Position numbers and translations under genes: made by a program. DNA of 64,000 nucleotides. It comes from Octopus vulgaris (lineage: Eukaryota). The stretch lies in NCBI GenBank assembly GCA_951406725.2, contig OX597815.1, forward strand, positions 68,944,001 through 69,008,000, read 5' to 3'. Of the stretch, positions 1-12,560 are shown one piece after another; position 1 is the first letter of the stretch, and every line of letters starts with the position of its first letter. The notes beneath the pieces were generated by a model, which did no database searches, was not told the DNA's origin, and was given only the letters and a program-made list of their open reading frames with translations.

Positions 1-518
1 GAAGATATGCAACTGACAAGTATAATTAGTTGGCAGTGAATTGGCAGAGTTGTTAAAATGTGAATATAATATTTCTTCTGGCTTTCAGTGATCTGAGCTC
101 AAAACTCACCGAGGCTTGACTTTGTCTTTTAACCTTTCAGGGTTTAATAAAAAATATATACCAGTCCTTTGGGTGGGTGAGGCTGTGAAATGGTGGAACT
201 GTCAGAAGTTTAGTAAAGATGTAGTATCTCTTACAGTTGTCTGAATTCTGACAGCAATGTGTATGATGACTCTGGAGCCAAACTGTTCTGGTCAAAGTCA
301 GTGGTGTTTCCTTTGGATAAATATCAGTGGTGTGGAGGAGAGGAGACTTGCATTTATGGGTAACTGCCAGTCTTCATAAAAAAACTTAAAAACTTTTACG
401 CAGGCCTGTTCATAGATGTAGAAGCCTACATAAATAATTATTAGATAAATTGATAAAGTATGAATGAGTATAAGGGTTGAATACTATAAGGACTACAAAC
501 TAATGAAGGAATACTTAA

Positions 519-825
519 CCCTTTAGCATTCAGATTACTTTGTCAAGTGTAATAGACTCAAATTCCATTGAGGTGGACTTTGCCTTTCATCCTTTCTTGG
601 GTTCAGTATATATGGATGTATATATATATATATATATGTTTGTGTCTTTATTTATATTGTTTTGAATTAATCTTGTATTATCTTGTAGCTTTGAGATTTT
701 GTTGATGTAATTGTATCTTTTTAAAATGACATTGTAGAGTAGGTATGAGAGGCCAGATCTGGCTGTTTGAATATAAAATAGGTAGAACATTTTGATTGGA
801 TATGGCTGATTTAAATACTAAAGGG
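519..825. mobile_element. piggyBac-type MITE (degenerate), interrupted by a SINE fragment and (TA)n
   Basis: TTAA (515-518) then CCCTTTAGCATT; the other end reads AATACTAAAGGG (imperfect TIR). The right-hand TTAA has decayed. Confidence 0.55.
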
Positions 826-1785
826 GTAGAAATAGCAGCAATGTCTCCCTTAACTCACTCCTCTCTCTTCTGTTAAAAAAAAATATGAAGGTTGTATTTG
901 GTAATGTCATTCAAGATAAATCATCTTCAAAGAGAAAAAAAATTATAAGCTTATTGTATACAGAGTTCAGGTGTACAACAACTCATCAGAAACGATGTAA
1001 AAGAGGACAGAAAGCAAAGATGTAAGTAAAATGGAGAATAGGTAAAATTGGATATTGAGACATTATATCTATGATCTTGTGGAAATACATAGCATGGCCT
1101 ATAGCTTACAGACACAGTGTAAATAGTTCAGTGAGTGAGTAGACACACAATATGGCCTATCTGAACAGTGCACAGGTGAAGTCAGTTGATATAAACAGAA
1201 GGAATTACTTAATAGATTTATAGACACAGTAGAAAGTTCACTATCTCTAACAGCAAATAAACTGATAAAAAAAGTCAACCTGGGTTGGTTACATAATGTG
1301 TCTAAAGAATATAAAATGCACAAAATAGGAGCACCATCGATAAGTTTCTCTTCAATGGTGTTAGTTCTGCTGTTCATAAAAGTTTGATAGTTTTCAATCC
1401 AAATTCCTTTCATGTCATGTGTTGTACACTAGGGCAACAGTGTACATAGTTTAAATGTCTCAGTTCTCTTTAAACTGTTTGTAATAGCTATAAGATCTTC
1501 TGGGAATGTTGTCTGTGATAAACACCTGGATAAAGTGCCAGTTTATTTACCAACTGCTTTATGTCATGAAAAAGAGCTAAGCATACTATATATTTAACTA
1601 TGTACGTGATATATTTGATATATAACTGCAAAACACAGACACAGACATACACACACACACACACACACACACACGTTAAAAACAATAAATGCACAAGCAA
1701 ATGGGAAACAGACACAGAAGGTTGCCAACTCCTCATCAATTATCAGTCAAATGAAATTTTGTGCCTTATCAATATATATATATAT

Positions 1786-2480
1786 ATTGAAAAATAGGAT
1801 AAAATCTTTATAAGAATTTATCAAATAGTTAGTGTGAAAAACCTCATAAGGGAAAAATCCATGAATTATTCCTCTTAAATATATTTACTTATATTAAGGG
1901 CATTACTATACATAAATGCCTCATACATTAATGTTTATTTATTATGGTAGTTTTGACTAGTATAATGCCCTTAATATAAGTAAATATATTTAAGAGGAAT
2001 AATTCATGGATTTTTCCCTTATGAGGTTTTTCACGCTAACTACTTGATAAATTCTTATAAAGATTTTATCTTATTTTTCAATTGTAAATTTAACCGGAAT
2101 ATATTCAGTGCTGAATTTTATTCTGAATAAACACATGTACCGAGATGCAATTCGAAAAGCCTGCCTTTTACATAGATATATGTGTGAACAATTCTATGTA
2201 CTATGTTGGATACATTTGGTGTTCGTCTGGTATGTTGATTTTTTGTTCGTTTTTATGTGTCTTCAATTATGCCTGCACTGACGATTAAAAAGTGCATTTT
2301 GTGCACTAATTATGAAATCATATGATATGCAGCTGAATTCTGTTTTTAAAATGCTCGCTTTGAGAATTGCATTCCCTCATGTTCAGTACAATGTGTTTAT
2401 TTATTATGGTAGTTTTGACTTTAAGAGTCCCTCCTAATGTGAGGCATTTATGTATAGTAATGTCCTTAATATAAGTATAT
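1786..2480 (+). mobile_element. Penelope-like (PLE) pseudo-LTR remnant with inverted plus partial direct repeat, flanked by (TA)n
   Basis: Inverted repeat 1786-1905 / 1963-2082 (120 bp, about 3 mismatches). Direct repeat TGTTTATTTATTATGGTAGTTTTGACT near 1932 and 2394. Hammerhead motif at 2273-2332. (TA)n on both sides. Confidence 0.65.
2273..2332 (+). ncRNA. Minimal type I hammerhead ribozyme motif
   Basis: Stem I CTGCA (2273-77)/TGCAG (2328-32); core CTGACGA 2278-84; stem II containing AGTGCA/TGCACT; GAAA 2314-17; palindromic stem III TCATATGA; UH = TA at 2326-27. Confidence 0.7.
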
Positions 2481-2555
2481 ATATATATATATAACGTATT
2501 TAATATATAGCTGCACACACATATATATATATATATATATGTTTTGTTTGTTTTT

Positions 2556-2762
2556 GTTTTTTGTTTTTCCAGTTTCAGCTCTTGAGCTGTGGCCATGCTG
2601 GGGCACCGCCATTGTGGTGAAAGAGTACAGCAGGGATCACCACCCCCTGCCGGAGCCTCGTAGAGCTTTTTAGGTGTTTTCGCTCAATAAACACACACAA
2701 CGCCCGGTCTGAGAATCGAAACCGCGATCCTGCGACCGCGAGTCCGCTGCCCTAACCACTAG

Positions 2763-2766
<4 letters not shown>
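2556..2766 (-). mobile_element. Chimeric SINE: tRNA-like head of family C joined to a family-A-type 3' tail
   Basis: 2612-2766 matches the 5' part of the SINE at 52710-53093. 2556-2611 resembles the GGCGGTGCYCCAGCATGKCC...CTGAAAC tail of the SINE at 25187-25612. Confidence 0.65.
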
Positions 2767-2810
<44 letters not shown>

Positions 2811-2813
<3 letters not shown>

Positions 2814-3062
2814 TACTTAGACATTGCGATACTAATGACCTGGTGTTAAGCTCAATATACATATGCTTTAGAATGAAGTGTTAGTCAAATACAGAATAAG
2901 AAACTGAGATGACAAAGGAATAAATGATTATCTTATGAACTTCATTAGCTTACAGCTGTTTCTGCTATAAGATGCAATGAACTCATTGTTGAGTACCTGA
3001 GTATCACCTTATAGCTTCATCAGATCCCCCAACATGAAGTGCAATTTATTTGGGAAAACAAT
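2811..3062 (-). mobile_element. Short ORF-less hammerhead-bearing element between (TA)n tracts (PLE pLTR-like)
   Basis: About 250 bp of unique sequence bounded by (TA)n at 2766-2810 and 3063-3079. Contains a minus-strand hammerhead motif. Confidence 0.6.
2947..3027 (-). ncRNA. Minimal type I hammerhead ribozyme motif
   Basis: Minus strand: GGAT-CTGATGA-A-GCTATAAG...CTTATAGC-A-GAAA-CAGCTG-TA-AGCT. Perfect core, 8-bp stem II and palindromic stem III; one mismatch in stem I. Confidence 0.7.
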
Positions 3063-3172
3063 TATATATATATATATACATACACACACAGAAAAATATT
3101 ACAAATGAGAAAACATATACATATGTGGGGAATAAAATTCAGGAGCTACTCTCAATTTCTTGCATATATATA

Positions 3173-3203
<31 letters not shown>

Positions 3204-3219
3204 AGTTTAGTACTACTGC

Positions 3220-3556
3220 ATGACACTTTGAGTAACTGTCTTTCACTATAACCTCAGGCTGGCCAAATCCTTGTAAGTGGATTTGATAGATGGAGGCTGA
3301 ACCCCCCCCTCATTGTGTGTGTGTGTGTGTGTGTGTGTCTGTCTGTCTCCTTGTCTTGATATCACTTCATACTCGTAAGCAAGAGTCAGTGTCATTCAAG
3401 CAGTGTCCTTCATTTCCATTTTGTGCTTGGAGACATATCATCTTACTTGAAAACAGGTGATGGTTGGTGACAGGAAGAGCATCTGGCTGTAGGAAAATCT
3501 ACTCAAAGGAATTCTGTCTGACCCATGGAGAAGTGGATGTAAAAATGATGATGATG
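3220..3556 (+). mobile_element. SINE, family-A body with RTE-type 3' tail ending in (GAT)n
   Basis: Decayed family-A core, then GGTTGGTGACAGGAAGAGCATCTGGCTGTAG...GATGTAAAAATGATGATG, which resembles the RTE 3' end at 43075-43223. Similar copies near 22380-22700 (-), 41960-42220, 48460-48740 and 62620-63070 (-). Confidence 0.6.
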
Positions 3557-4321
3557 GTACACACACAACCACAATTGGTTACTATATTGTTTCTATCTAT
3601 CATTTCTGCTCACAAGACATTGGTCAGCCTAGGGCTATAGTACAAGACTCTTGCTCAGGGTTTTATGTAGAGGGATTGAACCCAAAACCACTTAGTTGTC
3701 AAGCAAACTTCTTATCCATACAGCCATACATGTTTCTGTATATTATAAATTGAAGTGCTGTTTTTCTTTTTATGCCTCAAGAAACTAGAATATCTGTCCT
3801 GTAAATCTTGGAATATTTTGTCTGGTTTCTATATTCAAACATCTGTAATTTACTACCTCTTCACTCCTCCATGCTTTGCAATAAAAAAAATCAATGATGT
3901 TGTTAGTCTTGATTCTCTTGATTCTTTGATAGAAAATAAAGAATAAGATCAATTTCCTGTTTTTCTCCTTAGTGCTAATCTCTATCTCTCTGTGTTGTCT
4001 GATTCTAAACAGCTGTAATTCTCTGTAAATACCATTATTTTTTTCTATCAATCCACCCATCCATTCATTCATGTATTCTTTCATTTATATATTCCTTCAA
4101 TGCTTGGTACAAAAACCAGGCTGTATATTCTGATCCTCTAAAGTATTACTGCGATATAGATGCAGACATGACTGTGTGGATTAAGAAGCTCACTTTGCAA
4201 CCATGTGGTTTCAGGTTCAGTCCCGCTGTTTAGCATCTTGGGCAAGTATGTTCTATATAAAGTCCTAAGCTAACCAATGCCTTGTAAGTGAATTTTGTAG
4301 ATGGAAACTTTACAGAACACT

Positions 4322-4376
<55 letters not shown>

Positions 4377-4534
4377 TACTGTTCCATGATGGTAAGATCA
4401 ACCAAAAAAAGTACTCCATCGGGTGAGAGATAAATATTACTTCAGACATGTTATAAAATTATGTTTGGCCAGTTCTTAGTGCATGAAACTAATAATAATA
4501 CATAAAAACATATATTGTGTTTATTAAATAATGT

Positions 4535-4571
<37 letters not shown>

Positions 4572-7500
4572 TCAACAAGCTAGATTCCTGATAGATGGTG
4601 ACATTGAACAGATAGGGTGTTTTCACAGCTTTGTACCACAAGAGAAAAAGTTTCTTTATGGGAACTGCAGTAAACTTGTCATTTAGTAGTTGAAATATGT
4701 CACAAACATATTTTAACTAACCTAAACTTTGCATGTTATATGTATTTTTTCATTTGCCTGATTACAACCTGTGCTTTGGCGTTATTCGGTAATTTCTTAG
4801 TGCCTTTGCTGTCTATTTCAAGTGTGTAGGAGAAGGGTTGTTTTACCCTGATCCTTTAATATAATTTTATATATATATATGTAATTATTAATTTAATATA
4901 GATATAATTGTTTTAGGCGCTTAGGTAGTCACAAGCCGATCTAGACATTCTTTTGGCTTTCCTTTTATGTTGAAGGTCAAGGATGTGACAACTTGAGTGA
5001 GAGATGAGGTGGGGTGGGGGATACATCAGCAATCAGTTGCTTTTCATTTTCAGCTGAGTTGACTGGAGCAACATGAAATGATGTCTCTTGTCCAAGGAGA
5101 AGTCCTGACATCTGGTCCAGGAATTGAACCTATGATATTATAGTAATGAGTCCAGCACCCTTACAACTGGGTCATAAGCTTTTTTTAAAATTCATTAATT
5201 ATTATTCTTATTACGTTATTGTACCAAAGAGCTGAAGTAGTCCACAAGAAACTACTTGGATACTCTGCTTCAGTTCAGAGCTCAGCACCAATCATTTTGG
5301 CCAGTCACCACCACTACTACCATCATCATCATCATTTAATGTCTGTTTTCCATGTTGGTATGGGGTGGATGGTTTGACAGGATCTGGTGATCCACAGGGC
5401 TGCATTGAGCTCCAATGCCAGCTTTGGCATGGTTTCTATGACTGGATGCCTTTCCTAATGCCAACCACCTTACAGTGTATACACTAGCACTAGTGAGGTC
5501 ACCAAGTAACTTGCACGACAAGAACAGGAACAGAAAAAAGGAAAAGCCCCTCAACTAAGTGGTGAGGTGTATGTGGGGGGAGGGTCATAGTAAGTGCTGA
5601 GAGGTTAAGATATGACAGAGGGACAGACACAGGTGTTTTGCTATGGAGGTAATTACACGGCTACTCAACTTTATATAAAGATTGGTGGGAATAACTGGTA
5701 AGAAGAAAAGATGTTCGTGATTAAGTGCCAGAGCAAGCCCTCGGGCTACAAGAAAGTGAGCATAAACGAGGATATGGACTGTGGATTGGGTAGTTTCATA
5801 TGGGCATGAGGAGAGAGTATCAGATGGTTGGATGCAGAGGTAGATGTGAATGTAATGAGTGATGTACAAGGGTGTAGGTGGGAACTCAAGTCCTGGTTCT
5901 GACTGTATGCTACAATATATGGTGACTGCTATTTAACACCTCATCTCATGTTGAATTCATCTACACAGGTTACAGGTATTCATCACCAGGTGCATAATAC
6001 CTTACCTCACTGCAAGCAATTTCATAATGTTAATGGTGGCATTCTGACAGTTTGCCAAGAGATAGGTTTGTTCTAAACTTCAGTGTTCTATTCTAAATGT
6101 AAGTCAAAGGGTAAAGTGTCAGTCAAAGTTTAAAGTTTCAAATAATTTGTATGTTTTCTCTATTATGAATCAATCTGTAACAACATAAAGAAAACAATTG
6201 AAAATTGATTTTTTTTTTTTACATTTTTATTAATTTTACATTTGTCAGAATTGTCAGGGTGTTGCAGAAAATACCTTGAGATATTTCCTATGAATCTGTA
6301 CCTTTTGAGTTCAAATCCCACCAAGATTTCAATGAAATAAAGTACCAGTCTAGTACTGAAGTTAATGCTATCAACTAACTCCATCCCTTCAAAAATTGCT
6401 GGCCTTGTTCTTACAGCATTGGGAAAAGAAAAGCCTTACAGCATTTGTTGTGAATCATTACATTCTGAGCTCAAATCACACCAGTATCAACTTTGGCTTT
6501 GATCCCTCTAGAACCAGTAAAGTAAGGTACCAGTTAAGTACTGAGGTCAATAAGATGAACTTACTCTTCCCATCAAAACTGCTGACCATCAAATATGACA
6601 CAAGATAGGAAAGGACTCACTTTGGAACCACATAGTTTTGGGTTCAGTCCCATTGTGTGACTCCTTAGAAACAATTATCTTACATATGTAATGAGAACTT
6701 GTTGTTGTCATAATTCTGATTATGAGACAGAGAAATATGCAGTAAGCTGATTTTGGTTGAATGCTTATACTTTTGTATTACCAGGTCAGTAATAATGAGT
6801 TAAAATCTTCTGTAGGTATTTTGAGAAAAAATTCTATATGCTAGATGCTTCAGTTCACCAATCTGTGGATGTTTTATGCCAAAATTTTTAGGAAAGTAAA
6901 TTGTGGAAGGTGTCTTTCTGTCATCTACCAAATGCTATAAAAATGAAAATTATGCACCAACCCCAAAGAATTCTTTGTTTTATATAAAGGTTAAATTTTC
7001 CAACATGGGATTTATTTTGGAAAATTGAAAATAAAAATATCAATTTGAATGTTGTAGCTTGGGAAGGGTCATTATGCCAATAATAAACACACACTGGTTC
7101 TGTTTCACTTCTTTTATTTATACTAGGTCTTTACTCATTGCTCAAGTCTGCCTGTCTAATGTTTTAGCTGATTAAAATGATTTCATCCTCAATGACTATT
7201 TCTCATTTTAACATTGTGTTATATAAACTGTATAAATTATAATAACATTGTCTTATATGAACTATATAACATTACCATTTGTATGAGCTTTATGAAGATA
7301 CAGTACTCCAGTGATATTACTCTCGAAACTGCCAAATTTTCTAAGCTGCTCAGTTTCTTTGTTCTGCTGTAAAAAGATGTAACATGTTTGGAAATGAAAG
7401 GATGAAAAATGGTCTTTTGAAAAATTACTTGGAAATAATAGTATGTGATTGGGTGCGTGTGTGTGTGTATGCATGCATGCATGTATGTATGTATGTATGT

Positions 7501-8379
7501 ATGTTTGTATGTATGTATGTATGTATGTATGCCTGCCTGTCTGCCTGCCTGCCTGCCTGCCTGCCTGTCTGTCTGTATTGCTTGCTTCTCAGTTGCAGCA
7601 TAGTGCCATGTGTTTCTATCTGAACTTTTGATAATCAGAGAAAACTGTGAAGTCAGTTAAGTCTTTAAACATTTAAAAATAAAAGATGTAAACAAATCCC
7701 AGTGCATTTTCAACTTCTTTTTTCTGTATTTCTACCTATGTGCAATGATATAACTTTCTTATGTGTATATGTATGTATGTGTGTGTGTGAACATGTATAT
7801 TTATATATAAAAGTAAATTTGTATATCTATACATGTATATGTGCACCTACTTCCTCTCTTCACTCCTACCAACCTTCTCCCTTCCACCTTCCCTTCATCG
7901 TCACCCCCTACCTTGTTACCCCACCCCTACACTTTCCAGCTCCATCATCCCTATACATCCCACCCCACCCCATCCCTTAGACCCTACCCTTGCTTCTCCC
8001 ACTCTTGCCTCCCCCACACCCCAACACCACCGCACCACATCACCATACCACACCACATCACACCACTCTGCACTGACCACTTCCCAGCACCAACACCAGT
8101 GCACACGTCAATGTCACCAGCCCCCTTCCACATGTACGCACACTCACCTACAAGCTCTCACATACACATGCATGTGCACCTTAGTTTTGGGATCACCACT
8201 ACTTTATTATCTCCCCTTCTTCCTAGCTCTCCCGTGTGACCCTTCTGTCCGGCATTCGCCATGATAGCTCGCTAGCCACTATAACTTTTTGTTGTTTACA
8301 CACCCGTCTTCAGCTTTTGTGTTTTTGTAAGTTCTCACTGCATATATATATATACACACACACACATATATATATATGC

Positions 8380-8430
<51 letters not shown>

Positions 8431-8469
8431 TTTATATATATATACATGTCTACATAAATTTATATACGC

Positions 8470-8520
<51 letters not shown>

Positions 8521-9449
8521 AATATATACTCATACATATATATACATGAGTATGTATAATATATGTGTATGTGTGTGCACGTTTATATACATATATATAT
8601 TTGTATGTGTATCTCTTCCTTTCTCTCTCTCAACATATATGGTAACATGGAATCCAGTACACCCAGTTGCATGGTTGGGTCATTGGCAACTAAACCAGTA
8701 TACTTACCAGGCTAGCCTGGTGAGAAAAGTTACTAGAAACCCAGCAGGACTAAAAGCAAGGCCTATCAATGTAGGTTCAGTGATTATCTAGTAATAATAT
8801 GAGCATTTAAAAATTCGGAGTTGGTAACTGGTGTGCTAGAAGATCACTAGGAGTGAGGCACCATTCAACTTTTGTCAAAGCATGTTTCTAAGTGAAGGTT
8901 ACTGTCATAAAACTGGATATTCAAAAAATGGCATTGAACATTATGAGGTTCTTTTGCTTGCACTTGAGATCATGGCACTCCCACATTCATGAGTCTGTGG
9001 TATGAACTGTGAATAGATATCTTACCTTGGCTTGTCTGGATCCTGTCTGTAGGGTATGAGTTGTCATGCAAGCCTTATTAGACCTAAAATTTTGCATAGC
9101 CTTTGCTTACTCAGTGACACTCATACTAATGTTCAAGTTGACAGACATTGTGATATATATATATACACACACACACACATATATATATGTATAAATATAT
9201 ATATATATGTATATACATATACATACACACATAGGTAGATAGAGATGGGAAGGGAGAGAGAGAGGAACTGTAATTGTAAACATGATATAAACTGAACACA
9301 TTTACAAGCACAGCACATGATGGAAAAACCAAGAGAGCAGCTTGGTTATGAATCATATATCAAGTGACTCACATTACTGATTGCTTAACATTTCTCATCT
9401 TCTGTTCTACTGATCATATTTTATGTTCTACACACACACACATATATAT

Positions 9450-9606
9450 TGATAGTAATGGTAAGACAACAAAAGAATGAAAAAACCTCGATATTATGTA
9501 AATAGAGGACTGATAACTGAAGAGATGCTGGTGCGGGTTTCAGCCCAACATCCAAAACTCAGAGTTTTATCATGGCTACTGAATAATTGTCACATATTAT
9601 ATTTAC

Positions 9607-9608
<2 letters not shown>
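9450..9608 (+). mobile_element. Short hammerhead-bearing element between (CA)/(TA) microsatellites
   Basis: About 160 bp of unique sequence between the microsatellite at 9430-9449 and (TA)n from 9609. Contains a hammerhead-like motif. Confidence 0.5.
9511..9572 (+). ncRNA. Decayed minimal hammerhead ribozyme motif (G12 to A)
   Basis: Stem I TGATAA/TTATCA (6 bp); CTGAAGA 9517-23; stem II GATG...CATC; cAAAA where cGAAA is expected (CpG-decay pattern); stem III CTC-A-GAG; UH = TT. Confidence 0.55.
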
Positions 9609-9648
<40 letters not shown>

Positions 9649-10439
9649 AATCCTGAAAAAGAACAACAACAAACACAAACTAGAAAAGCACTTGGAGAGC
9701 GCAGACCTCTGCCAAACCAGCTGGAGCAACACTCCGACGATGACGACCACCACCACTACCACCATATCACAATCACCACCACAACTATCCTACCACTATG
9801 ACCACCACCAGAACCACCAACATCATCAGCAGCATTGTCATTGCTTCCCCTTCAACCGCATACACTGCCATCAATGTTATCTTGATAGTTACCTTGACAG
9901 TCACTTTCACTACCACAACCAGTATAACCACTACAATACCACCATCACACAACTAACACTATCATCAACACCACTATTACCACCATCACCTCAGCATCAC
10001 ACATCACACCACTCCTGTCGCCATTATAATCACCGATACTATTTTACCCTCCTCCCATACTTATCTTGGCCAATGTCATCATCAACACTGTCTCTGCTTT
10101 CACTACAATCATCATCAAAACTATGATGACCACAATCAGTTTCTTTACACTGTTGAAAATCCATTATCTGATACTCATGGGATCAAGATTGTTGCAGATT
10201 TTTGATTTTTCTAATTTCGGAGTGCTTTATTAAAAAAAAAATTGCATCTACAAATGGAACAGTTTGAAGATAGAACCCAGGTCTAAACACAATAGCTTAT
10301 AGACATACTCTGAATGTAGTTGTATATAAATCTTTAATAATTTTTTTTTATACTTAAGACCATCAGAAATGTTAAGATATCAGCCTCTACTCACGTTGTC
10401 ATGCTTTGATTAAAAGGTTACAACATAGATTAGATTACT

Positions 10440-10890
10440 TAGATAAGTTTTGGCTGAAGTTGACTCCGGCCATGTCTAATTTAATAGCTCCACCTGGAAG
10501 AGATACACAGTCAGCTCTGGGGAACCGCAGCCCATTCAAGGAGAGGGTTATTGTTTTTAGAGACATATCTGGGTGTGGGTGGTTTATCTGGTATTTGTTG
10601 GGAGTAATCATCTAGGGATTGTTTGAATGCCATGAAGTCACTTTCCTCCTTTATGTGTGTCTGGCACGATGTTGAAGAGAGCAGGGCCAATTGAGGTGAA
10701 ATAGTTCTGTCATAGTGTTGAGATATGACACAAACATTTCTGTTGTGGACGGATGGCACGGGGGCCAAGCCTCGGATGAATTTTAAAGATGGTCAATGTT
10801 GATCATACAGATGATGCAGAGCTCACAGTGGCAGTGGAGAGAGCAAAGCCTGAGCTTTTTGAGTCGATCCCAATAGTCAAGGCTTGTCAT
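10440..10890 (-). mobile_element. CR1-like LINE 3' fragment (ORF2 C-terminus, decayed)
   Basis: Minus-strand peptides SLDYWDRLKKLRLCSL and DFMAFKQSLDDYSQQIPDKPPTP resemble the post-RT region of CR1-clade ORF2. Confidence 0.6.
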
Positions 10891-10899
10891 GTTATCCTC

Positions 10900-11275
10900 C
10901 GCAGACTTGCGCCAAGCAACTCGTTTTAAGATAGATATGCAAGTAAAATTACTAATAGAGAAACGAAAATAAACTTTGGAAACAGCAACGCCACCATAGG
11001 TTACATGCAAATGATGAACGTGTTTTCAAGGGAGATAATGAAAGAACATAACATTAATACTTCATGTAAAGTAAAAATAAAAAATGAAAAATCCTTCACA
11101 AATCCATAAAAATTCCCAGATTGCTACCAAAATTTGAACATCTGTTCCTTGTGTCATTACCAATTTTTCCTGCAAATTTCATCAAATACTGTTCACAACT
11201 TTTTGAGTTATTTGCACACAGACGGACAAACCAACGCCAATGAAAATATAACCTCCTTCTTTGGCGGAGGTAAAA
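10900..11275 (-). mobile_element. Non-autonomous Helentron-type (DINE-1/HINE-like) element
   Basis: Minus strand starts TTACCTCCGCCAAAGAAGGAGGTTAT (sub-terminal IR/hairpin) followed by GTTTGTCCGTCTGT. A partial matching CTTGGCGCAAGTCTGC lies near the other end. Confidence 0.5.
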
Positions 11276-11331
11276 AAACAACAACGTGAGGATGTGGTAC
11301 ATGTAAAGTATTAGCAGACGCTCAGAGAAGG

Positions 11332-11384
<53 letters not shown>

Positions 11385-11721
11385 GTATTTTATGCTTGTG
11401 TCAACATAACCTGTGGTTTCAGGTTCAGTACCTCTGTATAGCACTTTGGGCAAGTGTCTTCTAGTATAACTTAGGGCTAACCAATGCTTTGGGAGTGAAT
11501 TTGGCATGTGGAAACTGTAAGCCTGTTTGTATATTTCTGCAAACAATAACTATGAAAACTATGATATTAAAAGTGTGTCTGTAACATGAAACCTGATGAA
11601 ATGTCTTCTTCATGTGGGGCTATTTGGCTTAGGCCAATTCTTGTTGAAACCTACCTAAGTATCAAAGTATATACTTGTGTGTGTGTGTGTGTGTGTGCAT
11701 ATGCATGTGTACATATATAAA

Positions 11722-11885
11722 TGTGCAGGCATGGTTGTGTGGTAAGACGCTTGCTTCCCAACCACATGGTTCCAGGTTCAGTCCCACTGCATTGCACCTT
11801 GGGCAAGTGTCTTCTACTATAGTTTTGGGCTGACCAAAGCCTTGTGAGTCGATTTGGTGGACAGAAACTGAAAGAAGCCCATCAT
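11722..11885 (+). mobile_element. tRNA-derived SINE family A, 5' half
   Basis: A box TGGTTGTGTGGT, B box GGTTCAGTCCC and core GCACCTTGGGCAAGTG; colinear with 25187-25350. Confidence 0.8.
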
Positions 11886-11902
11886 ATATATATATATATG
11901 AA

Positions 11903-12288
11903 CTAGCAGTATCGCCCGGCGTTGCTCGGGTTTGTTTCGACCCGCTGGAATTGGAATTTTTGAAAAGTAAAAATTTTGCATTATGTAGCTTGTTATTCTC
12001 TTCAAGTGAACATTTTTCTGGTTGAAATACACCGAAAAGTGGCATCACAGCAGTGAAAAAATTGTAAAAAATAGGGATTTTCATAGAAAAAAGCACCTTT
12101 TTGACGTAAATAATTTTGGTGTTAATATGGTCCGATTTGAATTTTATCTTCTATGGAAGGAAGATAACCCTTCTATCATACTCTCAATTTTGGTCAACTT
12201 GTGCCGCAGGGTCTCGGAGGAGATAGTGTTAGTTGAAGGCTACCAAACCTGGCGCACACAGACAACTTCAGCTTTATATAGAGAGAGA
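11903..12288 (-). mobile_element. Non-autonomous Helitron
   Basis: Minus strand 5'-TC...CTAG-3' inserted between A and T with no TSD. GC-rich subterminal hairpin CCCGGCGTTGCTCGGG (11915-11930) close to the CTAG end. Confidence 0.8.
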
Positions 12289-12417
12289 TAACACACACAC
12301 ATTAATACACATACATACACACACACGCATCTATGTATGTATGTATGTATGTATATATGTACAACTGTCCACTTCTTGCCATATTTTTATCCTTCACTTC
12401 TTACACACACACACACA

Positions 12418-12449
<32 letters not shown>

Positions 12450-12560
12450 TTCACACACAGACACACACGCACGCATGCACACACACACCTTCTTAGCTTA
12501 CAATTTTCTTTCAACAATTGACACTGTCATATATGTATATGTTTGCGTGTCTATGTGTGT

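Noticed and set aside
1030-1600. Unique-looking region with a 104-aa minus-strand ORF
   Set aside because: No recognisable motif or convincing splice sites; possibly old transposon sequence.
11593-11660. CTGATGA...GAAA hammerhead candidate
   Set aside because: No stem II, III or I pairing.
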